Origin: Octopus vulgaris
Lineage: Eukaryota
NCBI GenBank assembly: GCA_951406725.2
Contig: OX597817.1
Location: 73,656,001 to 73,720,000, forward strand
Direction of reading: 5' to 3'
DNA: 64,000 nucleotides
Part shown: positions 13,781 to 29,321 of the stretch, one piece after another
Layout of the letters: the number at the start of each line of letters is the position of its first letter
Position numbering within the stretch: position 1 is the first letter of the stretch
Made by a program: the position numbers and the translations under genes
The notes under the pieces: model-generated
Told to the model about the DNA's origin: nothing
The model's input: the letters and a program-made list of their open reading frames with translations, nothing else
Databases searched by the model: none

Positions 13781-14390
13781 GGAGGAGGACATTCAGTTTT
13801 CAGGGAAGTAATATCAAGGTGGTCCTATTTTGTAATTAGAATGAAAAAAAAAAACTTGCCCTTTAGCCTTGTTTGTCACAGAATCTTGTATAATCCAATC
13901 AGTTTGGTCGTTGAGCTGGAAGTGGTGAGAAGGTGATCTGTTACCATTGTTGGGTTGGCTGGATGGTTGGATGGTTTTCATTGTTGTTTTGTGCGTGCCT
14001 GTGCGTACGCCTCTCAGTAAGTGAGAATGTATATATGTATGTATCTATGTATGCATTTGTGTATGTCTGTGTGTGTGTGCATGAGTTTGTGTGTATGTAT
14101 GTATGTGTGTGTATGTATGTGTGCGTGTGCGTGTGTGTGCGCTTGGGGTTTTTGTGGATATTGTATCCGTGCTTCGTGTTTTTTGTGACTATATATACCT
14201 TCAGAAACTCTCTTCATGTAAACACATACAGATATATAAGCTCGTGCAGAAATAATGGGACATACATACAATCACATGCGTACAGATGTATATATATCCT
14301 TAGAGAAACACAGTCTCAGAAATTCCCCTCACGCACTCCACCATATATATATATATGTGTGTGTGTGTGTGTTTGTATACATGTATTTGC

Positions 14391-14483
<93 letters not shown>

Positions 14484-15529
14484 TGTATGTATACATATAT
14501 GTATATATATCTATGTTTGTGTATGTATACGCACACACATATATACAACACCCTATACACGCATATTTATGTATTTTCCTTTCTTTTTTAATATCTATGT
14601 TATTTGTATATACTATAAAAGTGTGTTCACACACACATGCACACATGCACACACACACACGCGCACACACAATGTATATATGTGTGTGTGTACGTGTGTA
14701 TTTATATGTATGCATCTATTTGTGTGTATATATATATACACACACACACACATTCTATTCATTTAATCACATGTAGTGCATAACCATACTTACACTCAGA
14801 TACACATCCAAAGATATTTATATACATAGATACATTCATACGTATATTTATTCATTTCCTGTTTAGATGAAAATCGTTAATTTTCTAACCCTAAAGTCAC
14901 AGCAATTCATGTTCTCGTTGATATTAATGTTACTGACTGCAATTTTGCTCTTATACTTGTAATAATTGTTGTTTTTGATTTTGTTGTTATTGCTGTTAAG
15001 TCGTTGTTTGCTTGAAATGTAATCGACAGCAAACAAACAATTCCACCAACAACCCAGAGCTACCGAACTTGTCTTCGTCATACATAATTGAATGCGTTAC
15101 TGACTCCCTTCATCTTACGCTCGATTTCTTACGTTTCTGACTAAGCGACACCAATTACAAATCCATATGCTCATCTTGACATCACTTGATTTGGAGTCGC
15201 TAACAGACAGAGAAAAAAAAAGTGAAATTGCAGCGTATGTTTTTATATATCATATTATACGTGTGTGCGTGTGTGTATGCGTGTTTTTTGTACACGTGTG
15301 TGTATGACTGATTTTAACCCGTCTAAATCAAAATATGATAGAAGCTACTACATCCGTGTGTATGTGTGTGTGTTCCTGTGTGTGCGTGTTTGCGTATGTG
15401 CGTGTGTGTGTGTGTGTCTGTGGGCATACATGTATGGGTATATATGTATATTAGACAAACAAATACAAGCATGTATATATGCATATATGTATATAAATAT
15501 GTCTTTATCTATCTATCTGTCTCTCTCTT

Positions 15530-15613
<84 letters not shown>

Positions 15614-15938
15614 GAAATGAGGTACTCAGAAAATCGGATGGTTTATATTTACAGATATTTATTTGTATATTACATTTTTTATACATCAACTTAGATCATG
15701 TATTAGCGCTTTCTCCCATTCTAGTGGGATTTTCAAATCAAACTAAGTTCCAGTGTGAAAATCAAAATCTCTCCAAAGTTGACATGGTATTGAGGGAAAG
15801 AAATGGAGAAAATAGCAGCTTTAGACACACGTTTCAGTATCAACGGGTGCCATCAGCGCAGCAAATGTATAAAAAAAAGAGTAGAACACAGACGCATGTA
15901 CACACATATGTGCACATATGAATAAAGTCACTCACTCA

Positions 15939-15993
<55 letters not shown>

Positions 15994-16381
15994 CCTCTCT
16001 CTCTCTCTCTCTCTCTTTCTCTATTTTGTTATATATATATATATTCAGAGAATCCTTAGTCCAGATAAACTGATTAGCTATAGCTTGCTTCCTAATTTCG
16101 CCATGTCCTTAGACTCCTCCGCACATGATATCTGTACTAATTATTCATCCCCTGAGCATGCTTTTATTTACTTTTTCTTTCCTCTCGGTATAAGCAAAAA
16201 AAGATAAACAATGTCTGGAAGACGCACAACGGAAGGACCCAACCTATTACGTACATTTTCACTTTGAAGTTTGTTCAAATAGGCGTTGCAAGCAGAGTTG
16301 GTACAAGAACAATTATAACTGATCATTAAAGATGAGTTAAGGTATCTATTTGTCATGTTTATCATTTTGATTATATATAAA

Positions 16382-17050
16382 TTGGGTTCTCCATAAATAA
16401 TGCGTTTTTTTTTACCTCTTTTATTTTTTAAAATTAAGATAAACAAAGCTCTTTTTAATCTAAAATATACTCTCCTTCATTTTCTGCAATGTTCTTCCAT
16501 ATACCTGGAAGATTTGCAAGGCCCCTCTTTCAAAATTAATTTGTCTATGATGAAAAATACTTCCCCAGGACTGTTCTGACCTCGTCTACAGAATTCACAT
16601 TTTTTCCGTCCAAATGATATTGAAGACTGCTGAATAAATGATAATCAGATGGGGCAATGTCCGGCGAATATAGTGTGTAAGGCATCGTTTCCCTTTCAAA
16701 CTGCTTCAGCGTTTGGAATGTCATCCTCGCTATATGTGGCCGAGCATTAATTATCCTGATGGAAGAACACCTTTCATCTTGAAAACAAAGATGGTCGTTT
16801 TTCTTCTAGTGCTGATTTAAGCCGCTCAAGCTGCTCGCAGTAGATCTCATTTGTTATCATTTGGTTTGTGTTTAAAAGTTCAAAGTGGACTAAACGTTTC
16901 ATATGCCACCAAACAGATAACAATACCTTCCGTGAGTGAAGAACTTCTTTAGCCAGGGATGCCGGTGTTTCTTCTTTCCCTACCCACTGTCTTCTTTGCC
17001 CACTCATTTCTCGTCACCAGTCACTATTCGTTCCAAAAAAAAGTTCATTC
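16382..17050 (-). mobile_element. Mariner transposon remnant (catalytic domain and right TIR)
   Basis: Minus strand gives ERIVTGDE, KVLLSVWW, FHQDN-ARPH, YSPDIAPSDYHLF and ENEGEYILD*, followed by a TIR-like ttatggagaacccaat. Confidence 0.9.
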
Positions 17051-17054
17051 GTGA

Positions 17055-17420
17055 GATGAACTGGTGCTTATTTTATTGGAAGTATCAAAAGCAAAGTTGA
17101 CTTCGGTGGAATTTGAACTAAAAGCATAGAAACGGATGAAACGCCACCAAACATTTTGCCTGGTGTGTTAACGATTCTGTCAGCTCTCCGCCTTTATAAA
17201 AATAATAATCTTTTCTACTAAAGGCACAAGGCTTGAAATTTTAGGGGAGCGGACTCGATTACATCGACCCCAGTGCTTGACTGGTATATATTTTATCAAC
17301 CCCGAAAGGATAAGCGTCAAAGTCGACCCCGGCGGAATTCGAACTCACAATATAAAGACAGACGAAATGTCGCTAAGCATTTTGCCCGGCGTGCTAACAA
17401 TCCTGCTAGCTCACTGCCTT
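17055..17420 (-). mobile_element. Two SINE family A copies
   Basis: Reverse complements of the family A head and body at about 17055-17195 and 17210-17420. Confidence 0.8.
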
Positions 17421-17584
17421 ATGTAATGATGATAATAATATTATTATTATATTCAACTACTTCTGCGAGGATTAGAAGAACGTGGTCTAAAAGTGGTAAC
17501 AGAATTGCATACAGGAGCGTGCTTAACCAAGAATAATATTAAAAAAATGAATGCATAAAATATGGGTGAGAGAGAGAGAGAGGC

Positions 17585-17623
<39 letters not shown>

Positions 17624-17749
17624 AAGGGAGAGAAAAGAGAGGTAAAAGAGAGAACAATAGAGAGAAAAATGTTCCCTACCACAGAACAATGATTTCTAGA
17701 AAAAAACAACGTCATGAAAAACAATGGCTTTCCCATTTGAAATTGGAAA

Positions 17750-20000
17750 GACATCGTCGAAACAGCGAAAGATGAAGAATAATAGCTATATAACGGAGGA
17801 AATTGAATAAGAAATAGCAGAAAGATTAATATATCATCAGAAGGAAGAAAGTAATAGTGACAGCGAAAATAAGTCTTATTTCATGACAGGAAAGGATATT
17901 GTAGAAGAAGAATGGAGATTACTTTAATACTTAAATGACACAAGAAGTAACGATAGAGAGAGTAATGATAGAATCGCAAGTGAAAAAGTACGAAAAGCAG
18001 TTTAGAGTTGGCAAGCAACAAAATTGAGAATATAACAGATGTAAAAAGCATCATATATTATATGGCCTCTGTTCATGCAGAAATTCTTAGGGTTAAAAGA
18101 CAAGCGGAAAAAAAGTGGCAAAGACTCATGGTGGAAAAGGAGACTTGAGAATCAAGTTTTGTAGCTCAATAACGATATTAAAAGGATAAATACAATAGGT
18201 GAAAAGAAGATGGTAAAGTAAAGAGATAAGGGCAAACTTCAACCAAAGTATAATAGTAAATACATTAGGAATAGAGAATTACAGGTAGCCAAAGAGAAAA
18301 CACAAGAAAACATTAAGGCAAAGATGGTTAAAAGTACTAGATAATAGTAGAAGAGACTTTTTAGAAATACTGGAATGATATTTTACTACCAGGTGAACGA
18401 TAAGAATGAATGTCAGGTGAAAGCTATACCAATTACTGAAGTAGTAAAGACTATTTAGCGCGATATTAGGATCAAAAAGGTTCAATACAGATTGGTTATG
18501 GGAGTCTGAAATTGAAATGGGAAACAGATCAAACAAAGCGGATGTAGATATTAGAAAAGAAGTTGTAAAATCATGCTTAAAAATAAATCAAACTGGAAAG
18601 ATTCTGAACTTGATGGTGTTCACATATTTAAACACGTAGAGTTATAAACAAACGTTTCTAACTAACTGTATAAAACAATGGAAAACCGGCATGGATGACA
18701 AAAATTCTGTCAATACACAAGGGTATAGAACAATTTTAGGCGTATTACATGCGTATCGTTACTCTGGAAATTGTTAGCTTCGTGGCAGGAGAAACTATTA
18801 CCAGAGAAACGAAAGGGATGCAGAAAGAAGTCAAGAAGAACTGCTTAGCTGTTGTATACTGAGAGGATGATTCTAAATGAAGTGCGGATAAGAAAGGATG
18901 CAGTTGTTGTTTGGATAGACTACAAAGAAGCATAAGATAATGTATCGCACTATTGGCTTAATGATCCATTGTAGTCATCTAGGATTTTAGGCGAAAATAA
19001 ATAATTTTTAGAAAAGCAGTGAGATCTTAGGAAGTAGAAATATAATACTAAAAAGGAAACAGGAAGTGTGGAAACTCAGGAGCCGCATATTCTAGGGAGA
19101 CTAGCTCTCTCCTTTATTTTTGTGCGTGTTTTTCCTTTTGTTCATGCATGTGTCAAAGGGAACCATGCAATCACAAATGAGCAATATTTATAATGAAATG
19201 AGGTCCAATTTGTAAATGTGATGCGATAAAGTTGTCGCAAAATGATATCATTAGATCATGAAAGGATTCAAGTATTTAGGAAAGCTGCAGGATGGTGAGG
19301 CAAAGGAAAGGGAGAAAGGAAGTCTTCAATGAGTACAAGAGAAAGGTTAAGAAGGTATTTCAAGTAAAACTAAATGAAAACTAAGCTTGAAACAAAACTA
19401 ACTCTACAAATAGTATCGCTAGGTTCTGTTTACCAAAAGAGGACGGAGTCAGGGATATATTACATGTAGAGGACACCAGCAAATTTGTCATTTTGGGTTT
19501 GGAAAACTATGTTACGCATGATGGGATAAGGCTTGAAATATGGGCTTGAAATATGGAAGAAGTCACAGAAACTGAAAAATTTTAAGAAAAGAAAGAATGA
19601 TAGGATAAATAGCCAGCGAGAGAAAGCACTACATGGCTAAACTATGCAGCAGACCGAGAATGTTGAAAGTGAAGAGCAATGGTGGCGACTAAAAGATGGA
19701 AACTTGAAACGAGAAACGAATTCGCTAATTATAACCACTTAGAAAGAACAAAGAATATGAGATCATTGACTTTGCAATCTCATATGCTAGTAGAGTGGAT
19801 ATCAAAGAAATCTAAAAATTGAGAAATACCAAGATCTAGACAGAGAGATGAAGAGATTCTGGAACAAAAGTTGGAGATTGTTCTTATGGTAATTGATGAA
19901 CATTGCAAAACGTCCTAAGCTGTATTCTATACGAATCCCAAGAAAGATTCCTGAGATATCAGAAAACTTGTTGTTACCAAACCTCATAATAACATCGCAT
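17750..20000 (+). pseudogene. Heavily degraded R4/Dong-like (RLE-type) non-LTR retrotransposon
   Basis: Motifs occur in the expected order: WWKRRLE, NWK..DGV, PE..KGCR, WIDYKEA*DNVSH.W, IF*GD*LSPLF, KALHG, GNLKRET, IIDFAI, KIEKYQDL. The 3' end abuts (TAC)n/(TAA)n. Confidence 0.8.
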
Positions 20001-20033
20001 TAAATATTAAATTAGCATGCAATGACTTTTGTA

Positions 20034-20141
<108 letters not shown>

Positions 20142-21986
20142 CGACGATGACGGCGGCGACGATGATGAAGATACAGAACAATTGGGCGCCGCAGCCCACG
20201 TAATCATTACAATTGACATAAAGAAAAAAGAATGTCACGTAATAGAAATTTCTTCAGATAAAAATCATTTAAGAGAAGGAAGTAGTAAAAAAAAAATCTC
20301 AAAATATTTCAACACAAAAATGTCAAGAATGTCATTTCTACAATTAAATAAAACGATGATCTTGATGATGTGATGATGATAATGATGTTGATGACGGCGA
20401 TGCTGATGGTGAAGATTTTTTAAAATTTTGACCCTGGCCAAGGAATGAAGTGATCTATTATAAAGACACAAACTGTGGAGTTTTTGTTTTTACTGAAAAT
20501 AGAATGAAGAAAGATGAACTTGAACTACAAGTACGTATGGCAGACGACACAATGAATATCGATGGTGGCACAGTCTTCCTGGCACATCATGGGTCCAATA
20601 TAGGGTCTGTCGAGGAATCCTGCAGATCCAAGATCATCGTGAAAATGAAAAGCAAATTCCCTCACTACAGACGTATATTCAGGGCTGTCCCAGCCACACA
20701 TGTTCTTTTACCTACTTTGATCCACAATTCAATAAATTCGTTCGAGGATAACTTCCCCACTTCCATCCTCACCTTCTTTACTGAAGTGAAACTTGAAAAA
20801 ATCAACTGGGGATGACTCTATGAAAGAATATAAGTCGCTGTTCTTATGCCTTTCATATCTCCACCCTAGAACATTTCTCGCTATAGCCACCATACAAAGC
20901 CTAAAAGGAAAAAGAAAAAATTAAATGATTCATTGTAGGCATTAGTCATCCATTTATAATGAAGCATGTTAAATAAGCAGACATTAAAACGGAAGAGCAA
21001 AGGAAATTATTATATACATGATAAGAGATTAGAAAAAGTAGGGATCGTTAATCTCGTTTTCATGGAAGCATTCTTTGTTAGAGAAGGAGAGAGACTGAGA
21101 GAGAGAGTGGGGTGGGGAGACGAGGGAAAGACAGTCATACAAATACAACGGAAGACTTAGATGCATTAAATTCTAACACAGAAATTTTGGTATAGGGGTG
21201 TATTTGATGAAGTCTATATTTGCCTGACCGGTATATTACTTTATCGATTTCTCTGGAAGGGTGAAAGGCAACGATTACCTCGCCCGAATTTGAAACAGAT
21301 TATACCTACCTATAAATATGTATGCATGCATGCATACATACATACATACATACAAACATACATACATATATACATACACAAGCATACACACATATACACA
21401 TACACGCACACATGCAGACACACACATACATGCATAGATGCATTGCATTGAAGACATGCTGGAGCACTGCACTGAAGGGTTTAGGTGCATTTTAAAGTCA
21501 GGTACTTACCCTGTAGGTTCGTCTTTTGACGAATCAATACTTTAGGGGTACGTACACAAACCAATACCGGTAGTGAAGACGTGGTTGGTGGGGAAACAAA
21601 CAAAAACTCTAAGATATTCGACGCAGCTTCCATTCACCAAATTTACTCACAAATATATTGGTGGGCCTGAAGCTATAGTAAAAAACATTTGCCCAAAATT
21701 CCGCTCAGTATGTATGTATGAAGGTATGTACGAGTATGTATGTATGTATGTATGTATGTATGTATGTATGTATGTATGTATGTATGTATGTATGTATGCA
21801 TGTATGTATGTATGTATGTATGTATGTATGTATGTATGTATGTATGTATGAATGTATGTATGTATGTATACACACACCCAGGATGCGGCAAAAACACACA
21901 TTCACCTGATAAAGTTTTCAACAGAAAAACCTGCGCTGTGCACCATCCTGAACCATAACAATAATTTAAAAAGAAAACACGATAAC

Positions 21987-22329
<343 letters not shown>

Positions 22330-23255
22330 TATTATTATTATTATTACGATTGCTGTTATTGTTTTAATATAAGTTTCTTTGAAAGGTATAAAGGGACAAA
22401 TTTATAGAGACCTGCCATGAATGGAGTATTTTTTACACACATTCACAAACACACACACATTATAAGATATATTTTTGGGGGATACTTCCTTTCTACAATA
22501 CGTCCTCATTGAGCATGGTTGCTCCACCTTTTTCATTTTTCGTGAAAATAACCAGCACAGAAAGATAGATTTATGTGTGCATTGAACTGACGTAAATACA
22601 AGAATGCTACGGCATGAACTTGTATAAATATATATTGAACCAACAGATCACAGACACTATTTCTACACTGATATCTATATTTCGATTTTCTTTCAGCTAC
22701 TGTGAAAAAAAAAAAAGAACGAAAGTGATCAGTGAGGGAGAAATATATTAATATATAGCATAGCATGAAAGGCAGAATTGATTAACTTTACGAAAACACT
22801 TCGTTTTTTTTTCCTTTTTGGTTACTTTTCCAACTACACTACTGTGCAGCAAATATTCAACATGAATGACATTCATTTGCGTTAAGTTTGGAATAATAAA
22901 GCTATAGAGAACGAATATAGTCTCTACCTAGATTTAATAGCTACTTTCTGCTTTGAAGCTTTTAATCTTAATCAATGTTCTAGAAAAGATGATTTAATAA
23001 GTCGCTCGTTCTACGATATGCATGTATGTATGTATGTATGTATGTATGTATGTATGTATGTATGTATGTATGTATGTATGTATGTATGTATGTATGTATG
23101 TATGTATGTATGTATGTATGTGTGTATGTATGTATGTACGTATGGACGTATGTATGTGTGTTGGTATGTACGTACGTACGTATGTATATAAGCATGTATT
23201 TTATTATGTATGTATAGAGGTTTAATTATTTATAAAAGTTCATGTATATGTGTTC

Positions 23256-23290
<35 letters not shown>

Positions 23291-23544
23291 CATGTGTGCG
23301 TATATATGTGTGTGTGTACATACATATATACATACATACTGAGGTCTGGAGTATAGAAAACTAAGTACATTGTGGAGCAATGTATTAATATAATACATAA
23401 TGCAGTTTACAAATGCGACTTTCTACTTAAAAATATCAACAAAAGTATCATATAACAACAAGGAAATGTACCTCAAGAGAGTATCAGTATGTAATCCGTC
23501 TGGTGAAATTCTATGTAGCAAATTACATCAGTCTGTCAGTCGAG

Positions 23545-23578
23545 ATATCATATATATATATATATTTGTATATATATA

Positions 23579-23670
<92 letters not shown>

Positions 23671-23682
23671 TGTATATATATA

Positions 23683-23731
<49 letters not shown>

Positions 23732-23894
23732 TACATATATATATGTACATACATACACACAATATATATATAGGTATATTCACACATATATATTTGTATA
23801 TATGTATCGTGTATGTATATGTATATGTTTTTTTTGTGTATATATGCATATGTATATATGTAGCTATACATATATATGTATATATGTATGTATG

Positions 23895-23964
<70 letters not shown>

Positions 23965-23965
23965 T
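23545..23965. repeat. Compound (TA)n/(TATG)n/(TG)n microsatellite
   Basis: Seen directly. Confidence 0.95.
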
Positions 23966-26199
23966 GCGTGTAGATACTGTAACAGAATTAGAATTCAGAG
24001 GGGTGAAACCGAATCCTACGAATCTTTTATTTTGTATTATTTTGCTGCTTCTAAAAAAATTTCCGGATCATATACCCAAACATATACAATTTTAGATACA
24101 TTCCTAAAAGCACTGCCACAAACAGCCGCATAAGCGCTCACTACGGACACATAAACGCACCTACACATTCAGAAAACTTATAGATTATATTGATCAAGTT
24201 TTAAAAACGATCCCCGGAGTCCGACGAATAGACTGGCATTCAAATTTTTATACTTGTTCTCTTTTCTTTTTTCTTCTTTTTTTTTTACAATGTTTAAAGT
24301 AATGGAAGGAATACATGAATTTCAACGAATAACTATTGTTTGGGATGCTGATAACCCAATATATTCAATTATTCTTTTATGAGTTTCAATCATGCAACTA
24401 CGGTCATAATTGGGTATCACCTTGAAGGACATTGTTAATCACATCACCCCCAGTACTTATTTAATCGAAACATTAATAGAAACACAACCAACCCCTCCGC
24501 ACGCAAACGCACAAACATATATATACACGTACAAACATATGCGTCCATCAAACAACGCTCATAACGTATTGAGCGACATGAAGTTATGCAGAAAATAGTT
24601 GCCCAAGCTTACAACGCGCACTGAGGTCGAATGTTTAACTTGTAAACCACAGATCATGACGTAGCAAGCATATAAATCTGTTTTGAGTAAAGACTGGTCA
24701 AGTCTGAAGAAAGAGCAAATATGTTACAGTGTATATCGCCGTCCTCTTTGTACTATCAGATTAATGTACGAGATGATTATGACTGAACCATCTTTGATCA
24801 TAAGTCTGATCGAATTGACAAAATGTCTCCTTTGAGTCAACGAACGAGTCGCTAAATAATCACTGGACTTTTAAGAAATAGCAACCAATTTTACCTCAAC
24901 TAAAACTCTACTCTCATAAAAATAGGAAACGGTGCATTAGATAATGTATTCTTGTCTTAGGTGTCTGAATGATCGGATATTCTTGGCTGGAATACTTTTT
25001 ATCGGAGATCTGTTTCATCACAGATGGTCTGGGGCTAATGAACAACAAGTTAACGAAAGAATCCCCAATCAATCGATCAATATACTAGAAATAGAAGCCA
25101 TTTCAACGTCAAAAAAAGAAAGAAAAAAACCGAATGACACACTGGATAATAAATAGCCCTTGATTACTCTATGTATGAGTAAACTGGGAAATGTATACAG
25201 CTGGAATGCATTCAATTATAGGACAAAGAATGAAAGATGAAAACCAACAGCCAGAATAAATCTTACCTTTTTGTACAGATTATATATTTTTCTTCAATAA
25301 AAAACATTGCACAGAAACAAGTTGATGAGCAAATATTGTGAACATGAACAAATATGAGAAACATGCAGCTACAGTAAATCGGAAACTTCAATCATTCAAT
25401 GCTAGTTTCATAATATTGAAAGCAAGATTTATAAAAGAAAGTTGATGTATCATTAGATCGTATTTCAAAATGGCGTTTTTCGCCGGAATAGCGTGCAAGG
25501 TATACTTTCCATTATGTCAAATATATTATTTATTCATTCGGATGACGTACTTAGCGTCATACGTTTGTTTAAGCTTTAGCTTTCCCTTTGTGTGTGCATA
25601 AGGATATAAGTATGTATAAACATAAACACGAGCGCACACGAACACACACATATTTATATATGTGTGTGTGTGTGTAAATATATACACACATACATAATGT
25701 ATAGATGTATATTTATATGCATCTATGTGTGAGCTAGAGTTTACAAACAAGAGAGAAAAAATACCAGTACAAAAGAAGAGTGCAATTAGCGTGGTGCTGA
25801 TATTACGTTCTGTTAAAGTTTCGTGATCAGCTATCGTTTTTCGGATTATTGTGATCAGTGATAGAAACTGTAAGTGGTTATAAACAATAATCTCAGCACT
25901 ACAATGATTCTATCAATCAAGCGCTTAATCACTCACTCACTTCTCACTCATTCACTCATTCACTCATTCACTCATTCACTCACTCAAAACACTTCATTTC
26001 ACGTTGTTGTGCGATCATTTCAACATCTGACATGTGACACCCCGTCATACGTGTACACGTAATGTCGATCTGATGGAGGGATTTCACCATAAACAATTCA
26101 TCTGTGTGGTTGTTCGGTAAGGAATTGTCAGTTCCTCATACGTCGTCTAACGACGGGAGACTCCATCATATATGTATGTATATATTTATGTGCATGTCT

Positions 26200-26425
26200 G
26201 TCTGTGTGTCTGTGTGTCTGTGTTGTCTTCCCACCATCACTTGACAACTGATGTTAGTGTGTTTACGTCCCTGTAACTTAGCGGTTAGGCAAAAGAGACC
26301 GCTAGAATAAGAACTAGGCTTAAAAAGCTCCAGCCCTGGTATCGATTTATTCGACTAAAACCCTTTAAGGCGGTGCTCCAGCATGGCCGCAACCAAATGA
26401 CTGAAACAAGTAAACGACAAAAAAA
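26200..26425 (+). mobile_element. SINE family B, 3' part
   Basis: cttgacaactgatgttagtgtgtttacgtccctgtaacttagcgg...ggtgctccagcatggccgca...actgaaacaagtaaa. Confidence 0.8.
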
Positions 26426-26929
26426 AAGAATATGATATATACATTTATATGTATGTATGCTTGTGTGTATGTATGTATGTATGTATGTATGTATGTGAGT
26501 GTGTATGTGAGTGTGTATCTATGTATATGTATGTATCTTCTCACTGGAACATAGATCCACACAAACATACACACAAGTATAGGAACGCTCGCACACGTGC
26601 GCACCCAGTGTAATTGGCCAAAGAACATTTTGAAGTGTAAATATGCCAAGATAATATAAATATCACGCATGTACAAATCTGTAAAAGTTGGACTGTTTAC
26701 AGATCCAGCAGTCCCGCAGAAACACGGTTTCGTGTCTTGAAGGTATTTATAATTATTTTTATATACTTACACTTGGAAAAATTTATTTACTAGTTGCACT
26801 CTGTGTGTGTGTGTGTGTGTGTGTTCCCCTCAGTTGTGTTTCCTGTCACGAAGTAGGCTACTCGGAATTCTTGACAGTGGAAGGTTCAGCTGCATTTTGA
26901 ATACATTTAAATTAACACTATATAGGTCT

Positions 26930-27325
26930 CTTCAGCCTTAAACCTGGATGGCAAGGATGGGATATTTGCCACTAAGTAGAAGCGCCCTATTTGAGGGTTA
27001 CAATGATCTTTCAAGACTAAAGTTTGGTGGCAGTTCTTCTAGCATATTTCCTACATGTATTACTGCATACCTTTCTCGTCTTCGCTCTAAAACTTAGAAT
27101 ATTAACTTTTTCAACCTTTCTGATGCATTGTAGCAGTCTTCGTGTGGTAGCGTTGGATTATTTCAAGTGGAACCATTAACTTTTACAGTATCTGGTGACC
27201 ACAACTGAGGTCAATGATCTAGACTTATGTTCCTCATTGACTATCAAGGTCTCTTGCCTTCTTGTTCTGAAAATTCTTAGAATCCATCCGGCTTATCCTC
27301 TACATTTTATTGGCAGCTTAGTATA
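26930..27325 (-). pseudogene. CR1/L2-like RT C-terminal remnant, same family as 1130-1862
   Basis: Minus strand gives AGWILRIFRTR, LDH*PQLWSP and ERLKKL..LERRRERYAVI. Confidence 0.75.
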
Positions 27326-27487
27326 AATACGCTCGGACACATACACACACAGGTACACACGCACGTACACACAGACACGCAGACACGCAGACACGCACAT
27401 ATAAACATACATAGGTTAACACATGGTCATCATGTATGCTCACATACAACCATACCTATGTATACCTACCTACCTACTTACATATAT

Positions 27488-27564
<77 letters not shown>

Positions 27565-27749
27565 CTTAGGGTAAGTTATTTTAATAATAATTATTACCTT
27601 TGAAGGTTTTTATTTCCATGCTGGCCACTTGATAAGATCGTTATTTAATTTAAATTAACGATGTTATCCTTATTTAAATACACACATACATACATACATA
27701 TATACATACATACATACATACATACATACATAAATACATACATACATAA

Positions 27750-27814
<65 letters not shown>

Positions 27815-27815
<1 letters not shown>

Positions 27816-28331
27816 CTATATATATAAAACTGTAGTTGTGTGAGTGTCTGTCTCCTACGATTTAGATTCCTAACTACTCCCACATTTTGCGGTGCAGTTT
27901 AACCAAAACCGGGTATCTTATAGTCGTGATTCATATCGAGCCTGTCTGGCTATTAGCGCGCGTGTACGATGAATCTACGATTTTAAAAATAATTTAACAT
28001 AATTTTTTATTCCATTTTAATGCATAATTTTTCGTGTGTCGATGGCGGCGGAGTTGGCGTCCACGCTCAAACACCTGCACCTGTGTTTGCTTCTCCCCCT
28101 TCTTCCCTCCCTCGTGAAGCTGTGGGGAAGGGAGTTTAAGGAAATCAACGTCGTAATGCGTTGTCAAGGAGACCAGCGTTCTTTTAGAACAACGACTTCA
28201 TGGCTTGAAGACACCAAAACAGAAATGGCTAAGAAAGCCCGAATTGGCATCTATAAGGGAAGTAACTCTCTAAAAATGCTTATATAGTTATTTCCCTTAA
28301 AAACCCGAGCAACGCCGGGCGATACTGCTAG
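27815..28331 (+). mobile_element. Non-autonomous Helitron
   Basis: 5' TC start (tctatatatataaaa), subterminal hairpin cccg-agcaacgc-cggg, 3' CTAG end. Inserted between A and T with no TSD. Confidence 0.85.
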
Positions 28332-28388
28332 TATATATATAAACATGTATATATGAATGTATGTCCATACCTGCATACGGTGTGTATA

Positions 28389-29321
28389 CAGTGTGTTCAG
28401 GCTAAATTTGACGATTTCTATATCTCCTTTTTGCAGGAACAGCTTGATATACTGGTGAACAGTCAACAATATTGGAGAACTCAAAGATTAATGTTGTAAT
28501 TGAGTAACAGTTAGCTGACCTGGAGGACTGGAAGCGAACTGAATATTGGAAAAGAGTTACCTCTATCATGATGATTTACACTGGATATCAAAATGCCGAC
28601 ACTATAACCCACAGCATTGTAAAGTGCCCTAAACTCAGTTAACGGCTATGTGAACCAACTTGAGATTGAGGTTAGACCATGACCGGAAAAGGTTGCAGCC
28701 GGAAGGCTGTATGACATGACGTAAACATCATGTAGACTATATCTCCCTGACTACGATGTGTTTGGATATGCCACCGGTGCTGATGACGTCACACAGACGG
28801 CTATGTGAAGCTGCTGGAGACTGTAGTCAAATTCTGGCTGGAAAGAGTTGTTGCTGAAAGGTAATATGTGTAGAAACATTATTCAGCTCATTGCCACACC
28901 TCCGGAAAAAGTCAGAAATGGTTGTCTGAGTATTTCTACAACTTCACGCCCCAGTTTCTGGTCCCTAAATTTCTCTCCTTTGTAATCCCACCGGACACTA
29001 TGTGTAAAGCGCGGCTGAGAAAGATACCATCCACTGTGCCTGCAACACCAAAGCCAAGCTAGTGGCCAAGATCAAGGAGGTGTTCGAAGATCTTGCCAGG
29101 GACAAAGTGAGGAATGCATGCGCCTGTTACCGGAGCCGTCTTGAGGCCGTGATGTAAACTGAGGGCAGCTCTTTGATTTTCAGTAAGCTGTTATCTCCCA
29201 ACCATAATCTAGTTGATATATTTTGAAGTTTTAAAATGACTTTTTAAAGTATTTTTATGTTTGGATGGGAAATTGTGTTTTGCTTTTTATGCAAACTGTC
29301 AAATTTATCCCGAACACCAAT
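28389..29321 (+). mobile_element. Internally deleted Tc1/mariner-superfamily element
   Basis: TA flanks; imperfect TIRs cagtgtgttcaggctaaatttgac / gtcaaatttatcccgaacacc. C-terminal transposase remnant NTKAKLVAKIKEVFEDLARDKVRNACACYRSRLEAVM*TEG. Confidence 0.75.

Noticed and set aside
20450-20815. 121-aa ORF as a host gene or RTE endonuclease
   Set aside because: It has only a faint resemblance to an APE domain and no clear motif or splice support.
28781-28812. CTGATGA-cgtc-acaca-gacg hammerhead-like start
   Set aside because: No GAAA follows the hairpin, and it lies inside a Tc1/mariner remnant.
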